Positions 55,562 through 64,000 of a stretch of 64,000 nucleotides of DNA are shown piece by piece. The stretch is taken from contig NC_133618.1 of NCBI RefSeq assembly GCF_048593235.1, positions 389,502,562-389,566,561 on the forward strand, in the 5' to 3' direction. Numbering within the stretch: position 1 is the first letter of the stretch; every line of letters starts with the position of its first letter. The notes under the pieces are model-generated. The model was not told where the DNA came from. It saw nothing but the letters and a program-made list of their open reading frames with translations, and searched no databases. Made by a program: the position numbers and the translations under genes. The stretch is from Sminthopsis crassicaudata. Its lineage: Eukaryota.

Positions 55562-57937
55562 ATGGCTCCAGCACCGCGGGAAATCAGGCAAGTTCTCTTT
55601 GTTTATATTTTTATCTTTGGGAGGTTCCGCACGGAGTGTGAAACCATTCACTATTCTATACCTGAAGAAATAACGATCGGCTCCTCCGTGGCTAATTTTG
55701 CAAAGGACTTGGGTCTGGATGTGAAAGCGTTGCCTTCTCGGCAGGCTCGGCTAGTTGCGTCTGGTAATGGAGAACATTTCCTTTTGGACCTGAAAACAGG
55801 GCAACTGCTCACAAAGGACAGAATAGATCGGGAAGAAATATGTGCCCAGATGGACGAATGCATCATCCGTTTTGAATTATTGCTGCAAAATCCATTGAAG
55901 TTCTTCCGGGCAGAGTTAGCTATTTCTGATATTAACGATCATTCTCCTCAGTTCCCAGAGGATGAATTCATTTTAAAGATCCCTGAATTGACTACCGTTG
56001 GCACTCGCTTCCCCCTGGAAAGTGCCCAGGATTTAGATGAAGGAGAAAATGCCCTTCAGAACTACACGCTCACTCCACCAAATGAGCTCTTCGTTTTGCA
56101 CACTAAGGAGCAGAGCGATGGCAGCAAGTACCCGGAGCTGCTACTGGTAAAGGCCCTGGACCGCGAGGAGCAACCAGAACTCGAGTTCATACTCACCGCT
56201 ATGGATGGCGGAATCCCGCCCACCTCCGGGACCGCCAAGGTCCGTATCATTGTACTGGATGCAAATGACAATGCCCCAGTGTTCTCTCAGTCTCTGTACC
56301 AAGCTACTGTGGCAGAAAACAGTCCAACAGGCTCAGTAGTGACTACTGTATTTGCAGTTGATTCAGACCAAGGTCGTAATGGAGAAGTGACTTACTCATT
56401 CAGTCAAAATGCCGGTAAAGGTCATCGTGCTTTCCAGATAGACTCTCTCACCGGGGAAATTCGAATCTCCAAACCTCTAGACTTTGAAATGACTGAGAAA
56501 TATGAACTAAGTGTTCGGGCCACCGATGGAGGAGGATTATCCTCGCATTGTAAAGTCCTCGTGGAGGTGGAGGATGTGAATGACAACCCCCCTGAAGTGA
56601 CAGTGACATCTCTTTCCACTCTACTCCCCGAAGACTCTTTACCTGGAACAGTGGTGGCCCTTTTTAGCGTCCGTGACAAGGACTCTGGGGATCACGGGAG
56701 AGCATCTTGTTCCATTCCAGATGATATCCCTTTCATCCTGAAGCCGATTTTCAGCAATTACTATGAATTAGTGACAGATGCAGCCTTGGATCGGGAAAGG
56801 ATTTCCAACTATAGCATAATGATCACTGCCGTAGACTCGGGATCTCCTAGTCTCTCAACTTGGGAGACTGTCACAGTGCAAATATTAGACATCAACGATA
56901 ATCTCCCTCTTTTTAATCAATCGTCCTACACCATGTATGTAACTGAAAATAACAGTCCTTTCCTAATGATTGGAGCCCTAAACGCTACTGATTCAGATTC
57001 GGGGCAGAATGCTAAAGTGACATATTCTATCTGGCCTGAGAACAATAATTCTCCCTTTTCAACCCCATTCATTTCTATCAATTCAGAAAATGGACAAGTC
57101 TACATTCTGAAGACTCTTGATTATGAGGAAATCAAAGACTTCAAAGTGACCGTGCAAGCATCGGATTCAGGGGCCCCTTCCTTGAGCACTAATGTTACGG
57201 TATATATAGTCATCGTGGATGAAAATGATAACGCCCCAGTTATTTTATACCCTATTCAGAACCACTCTGCTTCTTACAGTGAACTGGTCCCTAGGTCGGT
57301 TGAAGAAGGTTACTTGGTTACTAAAGTGGTGGCTATGGATGAGGACTCAGGTCAGAACTCCTGGCTTTCCTACCAGTTGCTTAAGGCAACGGATCCTGGG
57401 TTGTTCGTTGTATGGTCTCATAATGGAGAAGTTCGAATTTCGAGGTCCATCAGCGACAGAGATGCCATCAGGCAGAAACTCATCATCCTTGTAAGAGACA
57501 ATGGCATCCCAGTACTCTCTACTCTTGCAACACTAGACCTTCTTCTTGTAGATGGCTTTTCAGAAGCTCATATGCACGTCCCAGATTCTACTGAAGAGGA
57601 GACGCATGATGACAAATTGACTGTATATTTGATTATTTCATTGGTATTAGTTTCCTTTCTCTTTCTAGTTTCCATTTCAATCTTTATAGTTATCAAGGTG
57701 TATAAGAAGAAACAGTTGAAGGAGAGGTCCCATTGCTTTAGCCATTTTGATAATGCCAATAATATCCCAAGAAATTTATTGGATGTTACTGGCACAGAGA
57801 CTCTCTTTCGGGCATACAAATATGACTTGTGTTTAACAGATGGCTCTAGTAATAGTGAATTCAAATTCCTCAAACCTATTATCCCCAGCCTTCCATCTCA
57901 GCTGGAGAACAGCGAAATGTTCCCTCAGGGGAATTAA
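55562..57937 (+). CDS. PCDHB: Divergent protocadherin beta-family protein, 791 aa (gene 9)
   Basis: Six ECs, [11 protein letters not shown] and YKYDLCL...[10 protein letters not shown] tail place it in the beta family, but EC1-EC5 differ strongly from genes 1-8. Confidence 0.92.
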   Translation: MAPAPREIRQVLFVYIFIFGRFRTECETIHYSIPEEITIGSSVANFAKDLGLDVKALPSRQARLVASGNGEHFLLDLKTGQLLTKDRIDREEICAQMDECIIRFELLLQNPLKFFRAELAISDINDHSPQFPEDEFILKIPELTTVGTRFPLESAQDLDEGENALQNYTLTPPNELFVLHTKEQSDGSKYPELLLVKALDREEQPELEFILTAMDGGIPPTSGTAKVRIIVLDANDNAPVFSQSLYQATVAENSPTGSVVTTVFAVDSDQGRNGEVTYSFSQNAGKGHRAFQIDSLTGEIRISKPLDFEMTEKYELSVRATDGGGLSSHCKVLVEVEDVNDNPPEVTVTSLSTLLPEDSLPGTVVALFSVRDKDSGDHGRASCSIPDDIPFILKPIFSNYYELVTDAALDRERISNYSIMITAVDSGSPSLSTWETVTVQILDINDNLPLFNQSSYTMYVTENNSPFLMIGALNATDSDSGQNAKVTYSIWPENNNSPFSTPFISINSENGQVYILKTLDYEEIKDFKVTVQASDSGAPSLSTNVTVYIVIVDENDNAPVILYPIQNHSASYSELVPRSVEEGYLVTKVVAMDEDSGQNSWLSYQLLKATDPGLFVVWSHNGEVRISRSISDRDAIRQKLIILVRDNGIPVLSTLATLDLLLVDGFSEAHMHVPDSTEEETHDDKLTVYLIISLVLVSFLFLVSISIFIVIKVYKKKQLKERSHCFSHFDNANNIPRNLLDVTGTETLFRAYKYDLCLTDGSSNSEFKFLKPIIPSLPSQLENSEMFPQGN

Positions 57938-58734
57938 AGCTTTTCCCAAGAATGATAAAAAAAAGAAAAGAAAATAGTGAGACTTTGATCTTGCTTATGA
58001 TATTTTCCAGAGTGAGATAGAGAGGTGAATGAAGATTTCCATATAGAATAAGCTTGTCCTTATGTAGTCTTTATATCTTTGCTAAATCACTACTGATTGT
58101 GGGTCCTCTTTTTTGAAAGCATGTTTTACTTTTTGCAGAGCTTTTGTAGAGCAGTAATTTTTCTTTTAGAAACTAATATACTTAAAAGGCAATTTTTGAA
58201 GTACAATATGTAATCATCTCTAGTCCTTAATTAAACAATGGGTGTTTATATGCTTTAACATTACTGTATACACAGAATGCCCAGAATGAATCACAAACTT
58301 TGCATGTAGAAAGGGGAAAAAAAAGAAATGCTGAAAAGAATGTTTCAGTAATGCTACAATACTTATTTTGAACTGTCTAGACCAATTATCTTTTATGTCA
58401 TATCCCTAAAGATTTGAAAGATGTTTGAGGGAATGGTTATGATTTTTAAATGTTGCTATGTTTTATTAAAGATTTTGTTTCCAACATGTTTCATTGGTTC
58501 TTATATGTTATATTGAATTTATGGAGAAAAAGTTTGGAAGAACCTCTAAAGAAAAATAATGATAACCATAAGATAGTATTTCGGTTTCTACCAACCTCAA
58601 AACTCTTCAACACTAAAAATTTTCAACTTTTTCACTTTTCATTCTACATCATTATCATGTACTACTTGTTTTCTTCTGCAAGATTATTGTGAGTTGATTC
58701 TCCTCCTATCCCATAGAAATAACCCAGTTGCATC

Positions 58735-58883
58735 NNNNNNNNNNNNNNNNNNNNNNNNNNNNNNNNNNNNNNNNNNNNNNNNNNNNNNNNNNNNNNNNNN
58801 NNNNNNNNNNNNNNNNNNNNNNNNNNNNNNNNNNNNNNNNNNNNNNNNNNNNNNNNNNNNNNNNNNNNNNNNNNNNNNNNNNN
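58735..58883. other. Assembly gap (N run)
   Basis: Run of N. Confidence 0.99.
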
Positions 58884-59449
58884 TCTGCCCAACTGAAAGT
58901 CATCTTCAAGTATGGATTTGAGAGTGAAATTGCCATTCTCAAGATCTAATTTGCCTCTCCACTTGCCTTGCGAACCATTTTTTTTTCTTTTTTTGGCAGA
59001 AGGAAAGAACGTAGCTACTGTGACAAAACTAATTTGCTGGTGTATGTCTTGAGGAATCCATGAATAAACGAACTTTATTATTTATCAACAAAACCCTTTG
59101 AGCACCTATTTATTACATTATACTGGGCTTGCCACTAAAAAAGCCTTAAGAATAAATATGATAAAGTATCTATCCTAAAATAACTGACAGTTTAACAGGC
59201 ATGGATAAAATACACACAGATGACTATATTCAATAATATCATAGAGCCAGGCAAAATAATGCAAAGTAATTTTTCATCAAGAGAATAGAGCCAGGCAAAA
59301 TAATGCAAAGAATTCATAAGAGAAACAAAAAAAGAATCATGATATCAAATTAGGGAGTGATTCTGAAGGACTGTACTGGCAAACCAAATATAAGTTAGCT
59401 GATTTTATCTTGTTTTTGCCATGGAATGAAGAGACAGAAAAAAAAAAAA

Positions 59450-59574
59450 GGTACTTGGGGTTAAGTGATTTAGCTAGGGTCACACAACTAGAAAGTGTTA
59501 AGTGTCTGAGACCAGATTTGAACTTAGGTTCTCCTGACTTCAGGGCTGATGCTCTATCTCCTGCATTACCCCAG
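59450..59574 (-). mobile_element. Marsupial CORE-SINE (WSINE1-like)
   Basis: Reverse complement of the SINE at 14887 (GGGGTTAAGTGA...GGTCACACAACTAGAAAGTGTTAAGTGTCTGAG). Confidence 0.85.
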
Positions 59575-59589
59575 AAAAATATTTTAAAA

Positions 59590-59882
59590 GAATAATTGTT
59601 CATCAAATTAAAAAGCTTTTGCACAAACAAAACTAATGTAAACAAGATTAGAAGGGAAGTAACAAATTGGGAAAACATTTTTACAGTTAAAGGTTCTGAT
59701 AAAGGCCTCATCTCCAAAATATACAGAAAATTGACTTTTAATTTACAAGAAATCAAGCCATTCTCCAATTGATAAATGGTCAAAGGATATGAACAGACAA
59801 TTCTCAGATGATGAAACTGAAACTATTTCCACCCATATGAAAGAATGTTCCAAATCACTATTGATCAGAGAAATGCAAATTA
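59590..59882 (+). mobile_element. Host L1, 5' part (ORF2 fragment)
   Basis: IKLKSFCTNKTN...[18 protein letters not shown]2 motifs; ends at TSD AGAGAAATGCAAATTA (59867-59882). Confidence 0.88.
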
Positions 59883-60914
59883 TTTTTATTTCTTTTTTTT
59901 AATTAATTTTATAATTATACATTTTTGACAGTATATATACATGAGTAATTTTTATAACATTATCCCTTGTATTCATTTTTCCAAATTTTCCCCTCCCTTC
60001 CTCTACTCCTTCCCCTAGGTGATGGGCAATCCCATACATTTTACATGTGTTACAATATAACCTAGATATAATATATGTAAATCCAATTTTCTTGTTGCAC
60101 GTTAAGTATTGGATTCCGAAGGTATAAGTAACCTGGGTAGATAGACAGTAGTGCTAATATTTTACATTCAATTCCCAGTATTCTTTCCCTCGGTGTAGCT
60201 GTTTCTGTCCATCACTGATCAGCTGGAAGTGAGTTGGATCTTCTTTATGTTAAGATATCCACTTCCATCAGAATACATCTTCATACAGTATTGTTGTTGA
60301 AGTGTATAGTGATCTTCTAGTTCTGATCATTTCAATCAGCATCAGTTCATGCAAGTCTCTCCAAACCTTTCTGAATTCATCCTGCTGGTCATTTCTTACA
60401 GAACAATAATATTCCATAGCCTTCATATACCATAATTTACCCAACCATTCTTCAATTGATGGACATCCATTCATCTTCCAGTTTCTAGCCACTACAAAAA
60501 GAGCTGCTACAAACATTTTGGCACACACAGGTCCCTTTTCCCTATTTAGTATTTCTTTGGGATATAAACCCAGTAGTAGCACTGCTAGATCAAAGGGTAT
60601 GCACAGTTTGATAACTTTTTGGGCATAGTTCCAAATTGCTCTCCAGAATGGTTGGATTCTTTCACAGCTCCACCAACAATGTATTAGTGTCCCAGTTTTC
60701 CCACATCCCCTCCAACATTCATCATTATTTGTTCCTGTAATCTTAGCCAATCTGACAGGTGTGTAGTGATATCTCAGAGTTGTCTTAATTTGCATTTCTC
60801 TGATCAGTAGTGATTTGGAACACTCTTTCACATGAGTGGAAATAGTTTCAATTTCATTATCTGAGAATTGTCTGTTCATATCCTTTGATCATTTATCAAT
60901 TGGAGAATGGTTTG
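59883..60914 (-). mobile_element. 5'-truncated L1 inserted in antisense into the host L1, 16-bp TSD
   Basis: T-rich tail at the left end; ORF 60268-60879 is the ORF2 C-terminus; flanked by AGAGAAATGCAAATTA at 59867-59882 and 60915-60930. Confidence 0.9.
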
Positions 60915-61812
60915 AGAGAAATGCAAATTAAGACAACTCCGAGATACCACTATATACCTGTAAGATTGGCTAAGATGACAGGAACAAATAATGATGAATG
61001 TTGGAGGGGATGTGGAAAAACTGGGACACTAATACATTGTTGGTGGAGTTGTGAAAGAATCCAACCATTCTGGAGAGCAATCTGGAATTATGCCCCAAAA
61101 GTTATCAAACTGTGCATACCCTTTGATCCAGCAGTGCTACTATTGGGCTTATGTCCCAAGGAAATACTAAAGAGGGGAAAGGGACCTGTGTGTGCCAAAA
61201 TGTTTTGTAGCAGCTCTTTTTGTAGTGGCTAGAAACTGGAAGATGAATGGATGTTCATCAACTGGAGAATGGTTGGGTAAATTATGGTATATGAAGGCTA
61301 TGGAATATTATTGCTCTGTAAGAAATGACCAGCAGGATGAATTCAGAAAGGTTTGGAGAGACTTGCATGAACTGATGCTGATTGAAACGAGCAGAACTAG
61401 GAGATCATTTTACACTTCCACAATGATACTGTATGAGGATGTATTCTGATGGAAGTGGATATCTTCAACATAGAGAAGAGCTCATCCAATTCCACTTGAT
61501 CAATGATGGACAGAATTAGTTATATCCAGAAAAGGAACACTGGGAAATGAGTGTAAACTGTTAGCATTTTTTTGTTTTTTCTCCCCAGGTTATTTTTTAC
61601 CTTCCCAATCCAATTCTTCCTTTGCAACAACAACAACAACAACAACAAAATTTGGTTCTGCACATATATATTGTACCTAGGATATACTATAGCATATTTA
61701 ATATGTATGGGAATGCCTGCCATCTAGGGAAGGGGGTGGAGGGAAGTAGGGGAAAATTCAGAACAGAAGGGAGTAAAAGGGATAATGTAAAAAATGTGCA
61801 TTTTATTTTTTA
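60915..61812 (+). mobile_element. Host L1, 3' part (ORF2 end plus 3' UTR)
   Basis: [12 protein letters not shown]...WRDLHELML continues the ORF2 that stopped at 59882; the 3' UTR includes a (CAA)n run at ~61624-61647. Confidence 0.9.
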
Positions 61813-61880
61813 ATTTCTAAATGCCTTATTGGTTTTCTTTCCTATATTTCTTTCTTTCTTTTTCTTTTTTGCTGATGTAT

Positions 61881-62006
61881 TTGGGGTTAAATGACCTGCC
61901 CAGGATCACACAGCTAGGAAAGGTTAAATATCTGAGGCCAGATTTGAAGTCAGATCCTCCTGACTTCAGGGTTGATGCTCTATCCACTGCACCAACTAGC
62001 TGCCCC
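61881..62006 (-). mobile_element. Marsupial CORE-SINE (WSINE1-like)
   Basis: Ends ...TATCCACTGCACCAACTAGCTGCCCC, the reverse complement of the SINE head. Confidence 0.88.
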
Positions 62007-62019
62007 ATCTTATTGGTTT

Positions 62020-62872
62020 TCTTTTTTTTTTTCAGTGCTATATATTTATTATAGTTTTTATTTACCAGATATATGCATGGGTAAGTTTACAGCACTGACA
62101 ATTGCCAAACCTTTTATTCCAATTCCCCCTCCCCCCAGATGGCAGGTTGACCAATACATGTTAAATATGCTAAAGTATAAATTAAGTACAATATACATAT
62201 AATTGTCCAAACAGTTGTTTTGCTGTACAAAAAGAATAGGACTTTGAGATAGTATACAATTAGCCTGTGAAGGAAATAAAATATGCAGGTGGACAAAAAT
62301 AGAGGGATTGGGAATTCTATGTAGAGGTTCATAGTTATCTCCCAGAGTTCTTTTGCTGGGTGTAGCTGGTTCAGTTCATTACTGCTCTATTGGAACTGAT
62401 TTGGTTCATCTCATTGTTGAAGAGAACCATGTCCATCAGAATTGATCTTCATATAGTATTATTGTTGAAAAGTATATAATGATCTCTTGGTCCTGCTCAT
62501 TTCACTTAGCATCAGTTCATGTAAGTCTCTCCAGGCCTTTCTGAAATCATCCTGTTGGTCATTTCTTATAGAACAATAATATTCCATAATAGTCATATAC
62601 TATAATTTATTCAGCCATTCTCCAATTGATGGGCATCCACGTAGTTTCCAGTTTCTGGCCATTACAAAGAGGGCTGCCACAGACATTATTGCATATACAG
62701 GTCCTTTTCCCTTCTTTAAGATCTCTTTGGCATATAAGCCCAGTAGTAACACTGCTGGGTCAAAGAGTATGCACGGTTTGATAACTTTTTGAGCATAGTT
62801 CCAAATTGTTCTCCAGAATGACTGGATGTATTCACAATTCCACCAACAATGTGTCCGTGTCCCTGTTTTCCC
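62020..62872 (-). mobile_element. L1 3' fragment (ORF2 end plus 3' UTR)
   Basis: Reverse-complement match to the ORF2 C-terminus (e.g. CATCAGTTCATGTAAGTCTCTCCAGGCC) and poly-T tail. Confidence 0.85.
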
Positions 62873-63369
62873 ATTGGTTTTCTTTTTTAAAAATCCTTAT
62901 CAATTCCTAATGACTCCTCATCTTGCCTCCATAGATCTTGTTGCAAATAACCCAATGAATCAAAAGAAATTGACAAATTGACTGAATGAAAATGTCTTCC
63001 TCATTCCATATCTGTAGTCCAACATTTCTTTGCTAAGATGGTGTAGGCATGTTTCACTACTATTTCTCTGAATTTCTGATAACTGGACACTATATATTGT
63101 TGCAAATTCTAACATATTTCAGTGTTGTTTTCTTTATTCTGTTTTGGTCATCATGTAAAATTGTTTTCCTGGTTCTGCTTAGTTCAACCAAGCATTTCCA
63201 TTTTAATATCCTTAACTTTCTGAAGTAGTTGTCTTTTGGTGGCATTATCTATAGTTGTCTTAATGGAATCAGAAGAAAAAGAACTAGCAAAATTTAATAA
63301 GAAAAGTAATGAAATTTAATAGAGAAACTTGCTTTCACATCTCAGTTCAAAAATTTACTATTTGTGTAT

Positions 63370-63475
63370 CATTGGGCATTACTTTACTTCTTGGGGTCTC
63401 AATTTCTGCATTTGTAAAGTGAGGAGGTTAGGACAGATGAGATCTAGGTCTGGTTCTAGATCTAAATCTATGAAA
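63370..63475 (+). mobile_element. MIR-like 3' fragment
   Basis: CTCAATTTCTGCATTTGTAAAGTGAGGAGGTTAG...TTCTAGATCTAAATCTATGA. Confidence 0.55.
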
Positions 63476-63580
63476 AATCCTACAATCCTACCAAAGGTCC
63501 TTAACATGATAACCTCTCTCTTCTTGAATAATAAAATATCTTTTCTTTAAAACAGAATTTAAGTATCAGATGTTATTGTC

Positions 63581-63932
63581 TGTGAAGATGGAGTTAGCAC
63601 CCTGGATACCTTAGAATCAGCCAGAGTCAGGATAAGCAAAAGTCCTTGGTCTTTATTCTTGGTCTTTAGGGGTAGAAGTGAAGAGAAAGGACACAGATCT
63701 CTGCAACCTTCCTTTTCTGTCCTCTAGTGCCAAAGTAACCCTGGCTTGTCTTACCCCACCCCCTAATCCTTTTCACAATTCTTTGTATACACCAAAAGAT
63801 TGAAGCAGCACAGAATAGTGGGAATGGCCATTTCCAAGCATATGCTAATAGAGTATTGTCCAATCGGTAATTAGCCTTAAGTGCTTGGTTGTCCAAGTTC
63901 AGTGCATCAACTCAGAGTTTCAGCCCTTTACA
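63581..63932 (-). mobile_element. Solo LTR, 352 bp, 6-bp TSD ATTGTC
   Basis: Minus-strand start TGTAAAGGGC and end TTCACA; ATTGTC at 63575-63580 and 63933-63938; AATAAA on minus at 63652-63657. U3 is homologous to the ERV LTR at 17046-17228. Confidence 0.9.
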
Positions 63933-64000
63933 ATTGTCACTAGTTTTAGGGATGAGTTTCTTTAATTCGGGTCACTGAACTCCAACAGACAATTTAATCC

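Noticed and set aside
57938-64000. Protocadherin constant exons or the start of the gamma cluster / SLC25A2 / TAF7
   Set aside because: No recognisable coding sequence; the region is SINE, L1, LTR and AT-rich DNA. I also saw no consistently placed splice donor at the beta gene ends.

Overview
AT-rich mammalian DNA containing part of a clustered protocadherin-beta (PCDHB-type) tandem array. The SINE and L1 3'-end sequences look marsupial, possibly dasyurid; the species is inferred, not determined. All family members are on the + strand and single-exon. There are eight intact CDSs of about 770-800 aa (signal peptide, six cadherin repeats, TM, short cytoplasmic tail). One further gene is intact except for a 1-bp deletion (25448-27840), and two heavily decayed pseudogenes lie at about 32.4-34.36 kb and 42.45-44.43 kb. 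Each of the nine non-decayed genes has a CSE/CTCF-type promoter motif about 215-260 bp upstream of the ATG; two of these have a mutated CGCT core. No constant exons were seen. Intergenic DNA holds CORE-SINE/MIR copies, L1 fragments, a deleted betaretrovirus-like ERV, two solo LTRs with perfect 6-bp TSDs, microsatellites and three N gaps. The most unusual items are: an LTR still joined to an almost complete CCA-ended tRNA-Lys copy, resembling a fossil reverse-transcription primer; a short piece of one gene's own CDS pasted upstream of its promoter; an orphan promoter copy; an L1-in-L1 insertion forming a ~0.9-kb inverted repeat; and a strongly divergent last paralog. Repeat family names come from recalled consensus sequences and were not database-verified.
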